A DNA stretch of 64,000 bases from an uncultured Acidobacteriota bacterium (GTDB taxonomy: Bacteria; Acidobacteriota; Thermoanaerobaculia; Thermoanaerobaculales; Sulfomarinibacteraceae): positions 15,536 through 79,535 of the forward strand of contig CAVQJV010000050.1 of NCBI GenBank assembly GCA_963712805.1, read 5' to 3'. Position 1 is the stretch's first letter. Every line of letters starts with the position of its first letter. The notes under the pieces are model-generated. The model was not told the DNA's origin and did no database searches. It was given only the letters and a program-made list of their open reading frames with translations. Position numbers and translations under genes: made by a program. Positions 9,836 through 18,996 of the stretch are shown piece after piece.

Positions 9836-11338
9836 ATGTCAACCACCGAGCAGGTTCTCGAAAACACCATCCACCGCTGCCGCGAGCGCGACATCATCAT
9901 CCCGACATTCAGCGAAATGCGAAACCCGGAGACGATCCCCGAGGGCATCCGCTCCGAGCTCGGCTCCATCGGTCTGTGGGATCTCAACCCGCGCAACCTC
10001 TTCCGGATCACCTGGAAAAACGAACCGGTGGCCACGGGTGGGGGATTCGGCGGTGTCAACTTCTTGGATCTCCCGCCCGAACTCACGGGTGTTCCAGCGA
10101 GGATCATCATGCTGGTTGGCAAGTACTTCCCGACCGGCGCGCACAAGGTCGGTGCGACCTTCGGCCCACTGGTCGAAAAGCTCGTCCGCGGCGCCTTCGA
10201 TCCGACGACCCAGAAGGCGCTGTGGCCGTCGACGGGCAATTACTGCCGCGGCGGCGCCTACGACGCGGCGCTGCTCGCGTGCCCGTCCATAGCCGTCCTT
10301 CCCGAGGGGATGTCGCGGGAGCGCTTCGACTGGCTCGAGAGGGTCGGCTCGGAGATCTTCGCCACCCCTGGCTCCGAGTCCAACGTCAAGGAGATCTACG
10401 ACAAGGTCAAGGCGCTCAAGGCCGAGCGCGGCGATGAGATCGTCGTGCTCAATCAATTCGAGGACTTCGGCAACGCCGCCTGGCACTACGCCTGCACCGG
10501 TCCCGCCATGGAGGAGGTCTTCAACCAGGTCAGGACCGAGGGTCAGCGCTTTGCCGGGGTCTGCCTGACCCAGGGATCCGCCGGAACCCTCGGTTCCGCC
10601 GACTATCTCAGAGAGGTCTACCCGCGGCTCAAGGTCGTCGCCGCCGAGGCGCTCCAGTGCCCGACCCTGCTCTACAACGGCTATGGCGCGCACCGGATCG
10701 AGGGCATCGGCGACAAGCACGTGCCGTGGATCCACAACATGAAGAACACCGATGTCGCGGTGGGGATCGACGACGAGGCGTGCATGCGCCTGCTGCGGAT
10801 CTTCAACGAATCCGCCGGTCGCGCCTATCTCGAGGCCATCGGGGTCGACTGGGATCTCATCGGTCATCTCGATCTGCTCGGGATCTCGTCCATCGCCAAT
10901 CTCCTCACCGCGGTCAAGACCGCCAAGTACTTCGAGCTCTCAGCCGACGACGTCCTCTTCACCGTCGCCACCGATTCCATGGAAATGTACGGTTCGCGTC
11001 TCGAGGAAGAGAACGCCGAACACGGCGATCTCACCTCCGCCGGCGCCGAAGCCGTCCACGAGCGCTACCTCCTCGGCGCCGCGATCGACCATGTCCTCGA
11101 GCTCTCCTACTGGGATCGCAAGCGGCTCCACAACCTCAAGTACTTCACCTGGGTCGAGCAGCAGGGCAAGACCGTCGAGGAGCTCAACGCCCAGTGGGAT
11201 GACGACGACTACTGGACGAGCCGTCTCGGCGCCTGGCGCGAGTGGGACGAGCGCATCACGGCCTTCAACGAGCGCACCGGCTGCTTCAGCGATATCGCTG
11301 ACGAACGAGGCGAGTTCCCTCAAACTCTTAACGTCTGA
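9836..11338 (+). CDS. PLP-dependent enzyme, fold type II (tryptophan synthase beta-like), ~500 aa
   Basis: Intact ORF. Start placed at MSTTEQ after AAAGGA. A candidate PLP lysine lies in FPTGAHKVGATFG (compare TrpB HTGAHK). The ~150-aa C-terminal extension is unassigned. Confidence 0.6.
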   Translation: MSTTEQVLENTIHRCRERDIIIPTFSEMRNPETIPEGIRSELGSIGLWDLNPRNLFRITWKNEPVATGGGFGGVNFLDLPPELTGVPARIIMLVGKYFPTGAHKVGATFGPLVEKLVRGAFDPTTQKALWPSTGNYCRGGAYDAALLACPSIAVLPEGMSRERFDWLERVGSEIFATPGSESNVKEIYDKVKALKAERGDEIVVLNQFEDFGNAAWHYACTGPAMEEVFNQVRTEGQRFAGVCLTQGSAGTLGSADYLREVYPRLKVVAAEALQCPTLLYNGYGAHRIEGIGDKHVPWIHNMKNTDVAVGIDDEACMRLLRIFNESAGRAYLEAIGVDWDLIGHLDLLGISSIANLLTAVKTAKYFELSADDVLFTVATDSMEMYGSRLEEENAEHGDLTSAGAEAVHERYLLGAAIDHVLELSYWDRKRLHNLKYFTWVEQQGKTVEELNAQWDDDDYWTSRLGAWREWDERITAFNERTGCFSDIADERGEFPQTLNV

Positions 11339-11435
11339 TCTTGTCCAACCAGCACCGCAGGGCTGCTCGTGGAGAGTCCCGTCGCGATGGCGATCGAAGA
11401 CTTCGATCGAATTCTGCAGGATCGAATAATTCAGT

Positions 11436-11475
11436 GTTGAGCGCGGCCTTGGCCGCGCTCAACTGCGTGCTATTC
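11436..11475 (+). terminator. Rho-independent terminator candidate after the PLP-enzyme gene
   Basis: GTTGAGCGCGGCC-TT-GGCCGCGCTCAAC forms a 13-bp stem, followed by TGCGTGCTATTCTTC. Confidence 0.55.
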
Positions 11476-11521
11476 TTCGGCGGTACGACAGGAACCCACA
11501 ATCGACGATGGAGAAACGGCG

Positions 11522-11809
11522 ATGGCGAGTCTGATTGACAGCCAGTGGAACGAGGCCGAGGTTGCGTTGTCCGAACTGAGCAGTGACGACAAGAGCCGAT
11601 TGGTGACTGCGATCTCGGCTACCGACGCGGTCTGGGATCGGAATATCTTCGACCACGCGACCTCCTTCGGCGGACCCGAGGTCGGCGACTCGCGGTCGAT
11701 CCCTGCGATCCCCGAGGGATTCGACGAGACTGTCCGGGAGATGGCAGAGGCGATTCCCAGGATCAACCTCTTCGGGCTCCTGCTGCGGGCCTACCAACAA
11801 CCGAAATGA
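11522..11809 (+). CDS. Hypothetical acidic 95-aa protein
   Basis: Coding-like composition. Its stop overlaps the start of the next gene (ATGA at 11806-11809). No recognisable motif. Confidence 0.45.
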   Translation: MASLIDSQWNEAEVALSELSSDDKSRLVTAISATDAVWDRNIFDHATSFGGPEVGDSRSIPAIPEGFDETVREMAEAIPRINLFGLLLRAYQQPK

Positions 11810-13191
11810 CCGGTAAGATGATCGCCATCGACCCCGACGGAGGGACGCCATCGAAGTTCCCACTGCCGGCTGTGTTCGCCGTCATCGTGGCCGTGGCGAT
11901 GGTCGTCCTCGCGGTGGCGTTCTTTCTGACCCTGGCGAATCACGAAAGACCGCAGCGACTCGTCATCGCCACCGGCGTCGAGAGCGGCACCTACCACAGG
12001 CTCGGCCGCGCCATGGCCGAGGTTCTCGAAGCGGAGGGTGTCGCGGACTCGGTCGAGGTTCTCGCGACCGAGGGCAGCGTCGCCAACATGGAGCTCCTCG
12101 AAGGTCCGGATCGAGTGGCCGATCTCGGCTTTGTCCAGAGCGACACGCGGCCGCGGGGCGGAGTCCGGTTGATTGCTCCGCTCTATCAAGAGGTTCTGCA
12201 CATCCTGGTCTCGAAGCGGATCATCGACAGGGTCGAAGGCATCAACGACCTGGAAGGACTCCGGGTCTCCCTGGGCACTCCCGCCAGCGGCACCCGCTCC
12301 GTCGCCGAACGGGTGATCGGGCACTTCGGTGTGTCGGTGGGCGAAGACATCGATCTTCCTCCCGACGACGTCGTGCAGGGGTTGCTTGGCGGTTCCATCG
12401 ACGCCGCATTCATGCTCAGCGCCATCCCCTCGAACGCGGTGGACGAGCTCTGTCAACAGGACGCGGTGCGTTTTCTGAGTCTGGGCGATTCGCAACAGCG
12501 CGGGAACGAGGCGGATGCCCTGGCGCTGGTGTTCCCGAGTCTCACCAGCGGCGTGATCCCGCGCTCGACCTATGTGCGCCTGCCGGAATCGCCCGTCGCA
12601 ACCGTGGAGGTGTCGGCGTTGTTCGTCGTCTCGAGCGAACTCGAGAGCAACCTGGTGAAGACCATCACCACGACGCTCTTCACGCATCGGTCGCGACTCA
12701 TCGAGTCCGAGGGAGACCGGGTCATCGTCGCGCGCAGGCTACGTGAGAAGTACCAGCCCGAAACCGCGCTGATTCCCTATCACGAGGGTGCCGTGACCTA
12801 CTACCAACGGTCGCAGCCGCCGTTCATCGTCGAGTATGCGGAGACCCTCAGTTTCGGACTCACCGTCCTCGTCGGGCTGTTCTCCGTCGCCGTCGCCGCC
12901 CGCGAGTGGATGAGGCGGAAGATGAAGAACCGGATCGACGTTTTCTACGTCGAGGTCGAGGAGCTTACGACGGGGCTTGAGGATCTCTCCCTCGATGAAC
13001 TCGGTGCGCATCGGGAAGCGCTTCGAGATCTGCAACGAAAGGCCTTCGCCGAACTCGTCGCCGAACGGCTCGAGGCCAACGACTCCTTTACGATTTTCCA
13101 GGACTATGTGGCGAGCGAGAGAAGGGCCATCGAGGCTCGGATCGCAGATTTCCCGGATCGCCGAGATGCTCCACCGGAAACTAAAAACTAA
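11806..13191 (+). CDS. TAXI-family TRAP-type solute-binding protein with N- and C-terminal TM segments and a coiled-coil tail
   Basis: Intact 461-aa ORF. TAXI-like core (VIATGVESGTYHRLGRAMAEVLEAEG ... GFVQSD). C-terminal TM (LSFGLTVLVGLFSVAVAA), then a charged helical tail. No TRAP permease is adjacent. Confidence 0.65.
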   Translation: MTGKMIAIDPDGGTPSKFPLPAVFAVIVAVAMVVLAVAFFLTLANHERPQRLVIATGVESGTYHRLGRAMAEVLEAEGVADSVEVLATEGSVANMELLEGPDRVADLGFVQSDTRPRGGVRLIAPLYQEVLHILVSKRIIDRVEGINDLEGLRVSLGTPASGTRSVAERVIGHFGVSVGEDIDLPPDDVVQGLLGGSIDAAFMLSAIPSNAVDELCQQDAVRFLSLGDSQQRGNEADALALVFPSLTSGVIPRSTYVRLPESPVATVEVSALFVVSSELESNLVKTITTTLFTHRSRLIESEGDRVIVARRLREKYQPETALIPYHEGAVTYYQRSQPPFIVEYAETLSFGLTVLVGLFSVAVAAREWMRRKMKNRIDVFYVEVEELTTGLEDLSLDELGAHREALRDLQRKAFAELVAERLEANDSFTIFQDYVASERRAIEARIADFPDRRDAPPETKN

Positions 13192-13246
13192 AACCTGACC
13201 TCTGCGAAATCCTAAAAGACGACGAGGTGCCAGCCTCACCGCAGCG

Positions 13247-13324
13247 GTCCATCGCAGGCGGGGACGCCTGCGCTACAAGGATGTTCGCGATTTTGTAGCG
13301 CCCGCGTCCCCGCGGGCGATGGTC
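13247..13324. repeat. REP-like palindromic element (GCGCTACAA family)
   Basis: CCATCGCAGGCGGGGACGCCTGCGCTACAA (13249-13278) pairs with TTGTAGCGCCCGCGTCCCCGCGGGCGATGG (13293-13322). It lies at a convergent junction. Confidence 0.8.
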
Positions 13325-13393
13325 CCACGTGCGTCGATTTCCGCCGCAATCCTGAATTTTGTCAGAGGCTCAACTCAGAACTGGAAACTGCCG

Positions 13394-14794
13394 TCAGTCG
13401 TCGATGTACCCCAGCTCCCGAAGCGCCTCTTCAACCTCAGGGTCGAGTTCCTGACTGCCCGGGTCCGGCGCTTCGCCGGTCGTCCTCTGCCACCTCTCGA
13501 GTTCTTTGTGGAGACCGACGACGATGTCGATGTTCTCCCCTGCGCGGTTGTCACGCTCGCCCGGGTCGTCGATGAGGTTGAAGAGCTCGGGCTGCTGGCG
13601 CCGGCCGGCGACCGGGTACTCGATGAGCTTGATCTCCGGCAGGCGGATCGCTCGCACCAATCCACGGTTGAGCAGTTGGGCTTTGATGTGCGGCACTCGC
13701 TGGGGCTCGGCGCGGGCGGTGATGAAGACCGGGCGAGGATTCGCTCCGGTGCGTTCCCCGCGCATCAGGGGCAGCAGCGATCGACCGGGCAGGCTCTTGC
13801 GTGGTTCGAGGCCGAAGATATCGAACACGGTCGGGACGACATCCAGGAGGCTCACCTGGTCGGGGACGCGTTCTCCGGCATCGGGGTCGCCGGGGACGTG
13901 GATGATCAGAGGGACCCTCGCCTGCTCATCGTACGGTCGGGTGCCGTGATCCATGGTCCACTCGCGCTCGAAGAGGGTCTCGCCGTGGTCGGAGAGCACG
14001 ACCACAACCGTGTTGTGGGCGACACCGAGTTTCTCCAGTTCCTGGAGGAGGCGATCGGCGAGACGGTCGGCCACGACGATTTCGCCGTCGTAGCGGGCGA
14101 CATACTCCTGCTGTTCCGCCGGGTTGAGACGGTTGACCGAGAGCAGTCGGTCGATGTGCACCGGTTTGGAAACCGTGGTGAGCTCATAGACGCCCGGCAG
14201 AAAACGAAGGGCATCGCGTGCGGGTGGGTCGTACGGCCAGTGTGGCTCGAAGAGGTGGACAAAGAGAAAGAAGTTCTTCTCGGCTGCGACCTTCGCCCGG
14301 AGCCAGGCCACGGCCGCGGCGGTGGTTTCCGATCCCACACGTCGGGCGCCGTTTCTCGGCGGCCCGAGATCGTCATCGTAGATCTCGAAACCCCGGTCGA
14401 GCCCGGTGTGACGCTGGAGCGTCCAACCGCTGACGAACGCACCGGTCGCGAAACCCTTCTCGGCGAGCATTCCGGCCAGGGTCGGAACCTCGGGTCTGAG
14501 GGCCATCCCGTTGCGCTGGATGCCGTGGCCGCCGGGATACTCACCGGTGAGAATCGTTGCGTGCGCCGGTGCGGTGGCGACATGAACCGTCACCGCCTGA
14601 TCGAAGACGACGCTGGAGCGCGCAAACAGATCGAGGTGAGGACTTGTCGGCCGGCTGTAGCCATAGAGACCGAGGTGGTCCGGCCGAAGGGTGTCGATGC
14701 TCAGGATGATCAGGTTCTTCGGTTCAGTCGGGGCGCTCACCGGAGGGCTGCACGCTGAAACGGCGATCAGAAACAGGGGGATGATGATCCGCAC
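13394..14794 (-). CDS. Lipoprotein, alkaline-phosphatase-superfamily sulfatase-like enzyme without formylglycine motif
   Basis: Intact 466-aa ORF with signal MRIIIPLFLIAVSAC. Blocks ILSIDTLRPDHLGLYGY, FLFVHLFEPHWPY and LSDHGE are present. The motif position reads T-A-P-A-H (ATAPAHATILTG) instead of C/S-x-P-x-R. Confidence 0.8.
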   Translation of the reverse strand: MRIIIPLFLIAVSACSPPVSAPTEPKNLIILSIDTLRPDHLGLYGYSRPTSPHLDLFARSSVVFDQAVTVHVATAPAHATILTGEYPGGHGIQRNGMALRPEVPTLAGMLAEKGFATGAFVSGWTLQRHTGLDRGFEIYDDDLGPPRNGARRVGSETTAAAVAWLRAKVAAEKNFFLFVHLFEPHWPYDPPARDALRFLPGVYELTTVSKPVHIDRLLSVNRLNPAEQQEYVARYDGEIVVADRLADRLLQELEKLGVAHNTVVVVLSDHGETLFEREWTMDHGTRPYDEQARVPLIIHVPGDPDAGERVPDQVSLLDVVPTVFDIFGLEPRKSLPGRSLLPLMRGERTGANPRPVFITARAEPQRVPHIKAQLLNRGLVRAIRLPEIKLIEYPVAGRRQQPELFNLIDDPGERDNRAGENIDIVVGLHKELERWQRTTGEAPDPGSQELDPEVEEALRELGYIDD

Positions 14795-14844
14795 ACTCCT
14801 ATTGTACCCAGAGGGTGCCGCGCTTCAGCTCTGCGCCCCTAGTG

Positions 14845-15519
14845 TCAATTCCATTCCGGCTGATGGATCTCGCCATCGAGTGCCTTGATTCTCCCGCTCA
14901 ATTCGTCAATGAACGCATGGTGGTCGTCGGTGCCGAAGAGCGATTCGCCGACGACCACGTCAACAAAGAACGGGACCGGGATGAAGGCGCCGCGGGGCAG
15001 GGTCTTACCGAGACCATGGAGGAAGACCGGCACCACGGGGACATCCGGATATCGTTTGGCGAGGTGAGCGACACCGGACTTGAACTCGGCCATTTCTTCG
15101 GGGTTGCCCCGCGTGCCCTCGGGGAAGAGCAGGATGACATTGTCTGCCTCGAGCGCCTTCGCGGCCCCCGCCAGGGGGTCGTGTTCAGCTGAACTCCGTC
15201 CGCGGCGATGAACCGGAATGATGCCGATGACAGTTGTCGAGAACCAGGCCAACAGGGGATTGGCGAGGAAGTAGTCGGCCGCGGCGACCGGCCGGACGCG
15301 CGGTATAAGGCCGGGCGGGAGCAGGGTCATGAGCACCAGGGTGTCGAGGTGGCTGTTGTGGTTGGCGACCAGGATGGCCGGCCCGTCTCGCGGTAGGCGC
15401 TCGCGATGACGGATGTTGAGCCCGAGACCGATGAGGACCACCGGCCGGACCAGCAACCAGGAGAAGGCGTGGCGCAGACACCAGGCGAGCGGTCCGATGC
15501 TCCCGGGTTGTGCCGCCAT
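14845..15519 (-). CDS. plsC: 1-acyl-sn-glycerol-3-phosphate acyltransferase
   Basis: HX4D motif (NHNSHLDT) and FPEGTRG. Start ATG 15517-15519 overlaps the cdsA stop (TGATG). The upstream 66 codons of ORF 14845..15717 are an Arg-rich shadow. Confidence 0.8.
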   Translation of the reverse strand: MAAQPGSIGPLAWCLRHAFSWLLVRPVVLIGLGLNIRHRERLPRDGPAILVANHNSHLDTLVLMTLLPPGLIPRVRPVAAADYFLANPLLAWFSTTVIGIIPVHRRGRSSAEHDPLAGAAKALEADNVILLFPEGTRGNPEEMAEFKSGVAHLAKRYPDVPVVPVFLHGLGKTLPRGAFIPVPFFVDVVVGESLFGTDDHHAFIDELSGRIKALDGEIHQPEWN

Positions 15520-16466
15520 CACACCGCCAGGTAGTAGACGAAGTGGAAGAACAGCGGTGCGGCGTAGGTCAGGCTGTCGATGCGGTCGAGGATGCCGCCG
15601 TGACCGGGCAGCAGGTCGCCCGAGTCCTTGACGCCGAGATCGCGCTTGAGCGCCGAGATGACGATGTCGCCGATGAAGCCGCTGAGCCCGATGATGACCC
15701 CGGCGCAGATCGCCCAACCGCGGGTGAATGGTGTCAGATAGGGCGCGAGGACCACCGCGAGCACGATGGTCGTGCCGAGTCCACCGAGGAGACCCTCCAC
15801 CGTCTTGCCGGGACTGACGGTGGGCACGACCTTGTGGCGACCCAGGGACTTGCCCCAGAGGAACTGGGCGACATCGTTGAACTGGGTCAGAAAGACCAGG
15901 TAGAGCACCAGCGCCGGACCGCCGCCGTTGGGGTTGACTTCAGACGGCAGCACCAACAGAAAGGCGACGTGACTGATTGAGAAGACCGTCGTCATGAGGC
16001 CCCAGTGGAGGGTGCCGGCGGCGCGGAGGAAGCCCTCGGTGATACCGATGAGGACCATCCGCATGGGCAGGAAGAGAAACATATAGACCGGGATCCAGAT
16101 GATGAACATTCCGTACCACTCGAGGCCGATCCAGAGGTACTGGACCGGGATCGCCAGATAGGCCCAGAGCAGCACCGAGCGATCGGCCCGGCGGGTGGGG
16201 ATGAGCGACAGATACTCCTTGAGGGCGAGAAAGCTGACAAAGGCGAAGAAGGCCAGCGAGACCCGGCGGTCCAGAACCATGGCGGTTGTGAAGATGACGA
16301 CCATGAGCCACCAGCTGCGGATTCGCGCCGGAACGTCGCCGAGATCGACGTCGGGTCTTGCTTTCCGGATCAACCAAACGGTGACGGTGGCGGCGATCAG
16401 GATGGCGAAGACCCCGCCGAGACCCAAGAGCAGGTTTGGGTGGAGCCTCTCAATGATGGTACTCAC
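15519..16466 (-). CDS. cdsA: Phosphatidate cytidylyltransferase
   Basis: Multi-TM protein ending in the CTP-transferase signature SALKRDLGVKDSGDLLPGHGGILDRIDS. GTG start lies 8 nt after AAGGAG and overlaps the upstream stop (GTGA). Confidence 0.85.
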   Translation of the reverse strand: MSTIIERLHPNLLLGLGGVFAILIAATVTVWLIRKARPDVDLGDVPARIRSWWLMVVIFTTAMVLDRRVSLAFFAFVSFLALKEYLSLIPTRRADRSVLLWAYLAIPVQYLWIGLEWYGMFIIWIPVYMFLFLPMRMVLIGITEGFLRAAGTLHWGLMTTVFSISHVAFLLVLPSEVNPNGGGPALVLYLVFLTQFNDVAQFLWGKSLGRHKVVPTVSPGKTVEGLLGGLGTTIVLAVVLAPYLTPFTRGWAICAGVIIGLSGFIGDIVISALKRDLGVKDSGDLLPGHGGILDRIDSLTYAAPLFFHFVYYLAV

Positions 16467-17071
16467 TTTTCGATCTCCTTCAGCGCCGAGCGTGCGCGGT
16501 TGGCGATGGTGAGAACTTCGAGTGCGATAATCACGGCGAGGACGCCGGTAAACACCGGCGTTCCGGCCGGCCACAATGCGGCGGCGATTGTGAGCACCGA
16601 GATTCCGAAGGCGCGGTCGCTTTTGCCCATGGGTCCGTCATAGCGCCGTGACGCGCCAAGGGTGGCGCCGGCGAGGCCAACGAGTTCGGTCAACCCTGCC
16701 AGGACGACGACCATGACCACGGCGCCGGTGTTCAAACTGGGTACAAGAGCCAGCGGGAGATACAAGACGGCGTCGGCGGCGACATCGCCCGCCTCGTTGA
16801 GGATCGCACCAGCGGGGCTCGTGAGGTTGTGTTCGCGCGCCATCATCCCGTCGAGGGCATTGAGGGCCATCCGGACGAAAAGCACCACCGGAAGGGCGAG
16901 GAGCGGCCACGGTGAGGTCGGTTGGAGAGCAATGGCTCCGCCTCCCAGCGCCGAGAGAATGAAGGCCGCGACCGTGACCTGATTCGGGGTGATTCCTGCC
17001 CGGACGAGGCCGTCGGCCAGCGGTCGCAGCAGGTTCTGAAACGCGGGTTTGATGTCGTAGACCGAGGGCAT
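16463..17071 (-). CDS. CDP-alcohol phosphatidyltransferase family protein (non-PgsA type, head-group unknown)
   Basis: Start at MPSVYDIKPAF. Signature region DGMMAREHNLTSPAGAILNEAGDVAAD varies on DGx2ARx8Gx3Dx3D, with Asn where the first post-Gly Asp is expected. About six TM segments. Confidence 0.75.
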   Translation of the reverse strand: MPSVYDIKPAFQNLLRPLADGLVRAGITPNQVTVAAFILSALGGGAIALQPTSPWPLLALPVVLFVRMALNALDGMMAREHNLTSPAGAILNEAGDVAADAVLYLPLALVPSLNTGAVVMVVVLAGLTELVGLAGATLGASRRYDGPMGKSDRAFGISVLTIAAALWPAGTPVFTGVLAVIIALEVLTIANRARSALKEIEK

Positions 17072-17084
17072 GGGAGGCGCCTCC

Positions 17085-18968
17085 TCAGGGTTGATGCTCG
17101 TCCGGAATCGCCTTGAAGAGGATGAAGCTCTCGCTCCGGGCGGCGATTTCGTGACCGCGAAGTCCGTTGAGGCCGGGGGTTCCCCGAAGCCGCTGGGCCT
17201 CGCCGTCGTTGACCACCAGAATCGAGTCGTAGTGGGGGAACTTGCGGTCGCGCACATGACGAGTGGTTTCGACGATGCGGCGTTGGGCGACATGGGGGAC
17301 CAGGTTTTCGCTCGCCAGGACGGCCGCGTCGGGCGGGATCCGGTCGATGAGCTCGTTGAGCTCCCGGAAGCGCTCGCGGTCGCGCTCGGAGTAGTCGAAA
17401 TCGATGGTGGAGAAACCGCCGGTGAAGTGGTGCCGCGGCCAGATCATGCCGTAGTGGAAGCAGGTGACCAACGCAAGAAGGACCGCCGCGGTGAGAGCCC
17501 GCCGGCGGCCGTCCTTGGAGAAACGAACCAGGGCGAGGAGGGCGCCCACGAAGCCGAGCGCGAGAAGCGTGAGGGCGTACTGAAACCCGATCTGGTGCAA
17601 CGGCGGCCGGCTCGCGAGAAGGGTGGCCGCGAGGCCGTAGCTGATCAGGACCGCGCCCCGGGCGGTGAAGAAAGGCAGCAGCGCGAGCGGCGCGAAGAGT
17701 TGGAAGACAAAGAGGGCCTTGGGCCTTGTCAGGATGAACTCGAGGACGAAGATCGGGTTGAGGAGTACGGTTGTGACCAGCCCTCGGGGCCCCTCACCGG
17801 ATGGGATCATCTCGGAGTAGTACCAGGAGTAGGAGTGGGGGCCGCCGGCGAAGTAGGGGATCACGAAGTGCTGCAGAAACACATACGCGGCAACGCCGAC
17901 GGCGAGGATCTGAAATCCCTGGCGACGGTTTCCGCTCATCAGGGTGACGATCCCGAGCAGGACGACGATGATCGCCAACTCCTCTTTCACCGAAAGCAGC
18001 AGGGCGATGGAGATCCAGAACGGAGCCCACCGCTGGAGCCACCAGAAGGTGACGGCGGTGAAGAGAAACAGCGGTGCGAAGGCGATGGGGTGAAAATCAT
18101 AGAAGTTGGCGCCGGCCACCGCCGGGTGGGTCAACCAGAGCAGGGCCACCAGCAGCCCCTGCCGGCTGTTGTCCAACACTGTACGGGCCAGGAGGAAGAG
18201 CGGCAGGGCGGCGACTCCGAGGGCCGTCGCCTGAAGCACGAGGACGGTCTCGGTGAACGGAGCGAGGGCGTAGATCGGCGCCAGCAGGAGCAGCACCAGC
18301 GAGGTGTGGATGCCGAGGTAGTTGCCGCCCATGAGCGACGAGTAGAGAACGTCCCCATGCACCGTGTTCCAGAGGATGTTCTCGTGGATCCCGAGATCGA
18401 ATGCGGAGGTTCCGAGGGAGTTGTGGTGGTTGATGGTGTGGATCGATACATAGACGACATAGGCGGTGATGGCGGCCACGAGCAGCACCCACGGGCCGAC
18501 TCTTTCCATGAGTGGAGAGATCGGCCACGAGCTTTGCCGGTCGGGAAGCTCGGTTCGCAAGACGCAGTAGCCGCAGGCCGCGGTCGTGATCGCGTAGAGC
18601 AGGACCGGCGACGCCGACCACGCCGGGATGGAGAAGACATAGCAGGCCAAGGGCAACAGGGTCAGCGGCCAAAGACCGGCGACGAGTTCGCCGAGGCTCT
18701 TCGGCCGGCGGCCGCCGCGTTGCGCCCACTTCAGCCCAGCGGCCAGGAGAATCGCGGTCGCGACCGACCACAAACCGAGACTCCGAAACAGCTCTGATCG
18801 CAAAGGCGTGGTCAGCAGCGATCCGCCGAGCATGGCGGTCAGCGGCGGTCGGTGCACCATGACCATGACCGAGTAGCCGACCGCGAGCGAGAGGACCGCA
18901 GCGTGGGCATATGCCGCCGTCCCGTCGAGGGGCTTGAGTCTCAGGCGATGGCTCATCGCTTCGGTCAT
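17085..18968 (-). CDS. DUF2079-family polytopic membrane protein (GT-C-like putative glycosyltransferase)
   Basis: Start placed at MTEAMSHRL; upstream ORF codons are an Arg/Pro-rich shadow. More than 12 hydrophobic segments. Blocks FDLGIHENILWN and GIHTSLVLLLLAPIYAL resemble DUF2079. Confidence 0.65.
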   Translation of the reverse strand: MTEAMSHRLRLKPLDGTAAYAHAAVLSLAVGYSVMVMVHRPPLTAMLGGSLLTTPLRSELFRSLGLWSVATAILLAAGLKWAQRGGRRPKSLGELVAGLWPLTLLPLACYVFSIPAWSASPVLLYAITTAACGYCVLRTELPDRQSSWPISPLMERVGPWVLLVAAITAYVVYVSIHTINHHNSLGTSAFDLGIHENILWNTVHGDVLYSSLMGGNYLGIHTSLVLLLLAPIYALAPFTETVLVLQATALGVAALPLFLLARTVLDNSRQGLLVALLWLTHPAVAGANFYDFHPIAFAPLFLFTAVTFWWLQRWAPFWISIALLLSVKEELAIIVVLLGIVTLMSGNRRQGFQILAVGVAAYVFLQHFVIPYFAGGPHSYSWYYSEMIPSGEGPRGLVTTVLLNPIFVLEFILTRPKALFVFQLFAPLALLPFFTARGAVLISYGLAATLLASRPPLHQIGFQYALTLLALGFVGALLALVRFSKDGRRRALTAAVLLALVTCFHYGMIWPRHHFTGGFSTIDFDYSERDRERFRELNELIDRIPPDAAVLASENLVPHVAQRRIVETTRHVRDRKFPHYDSILVVNDGEAQRLRGTPGLNGLRGHEIAARSESFILFKAIPDEHQP

Positions 18969-18996
18969 GGTCGTCCAGGTCTGACGCAAAGCGCGT

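Noticed and set aside
13319-14758. 479-aa plus-strand ORF antisense to the sulfatase-like gene. Similar antisense or alternate-frame ORFs lie at 278..1516, 1553..2911, 17070..18797 and 49510..51066
   Set aside because: Composition is biased (R, G, D, E, V runs) with no recognisable motifs. Each is fully overlapped by a gene with clear family signatures.
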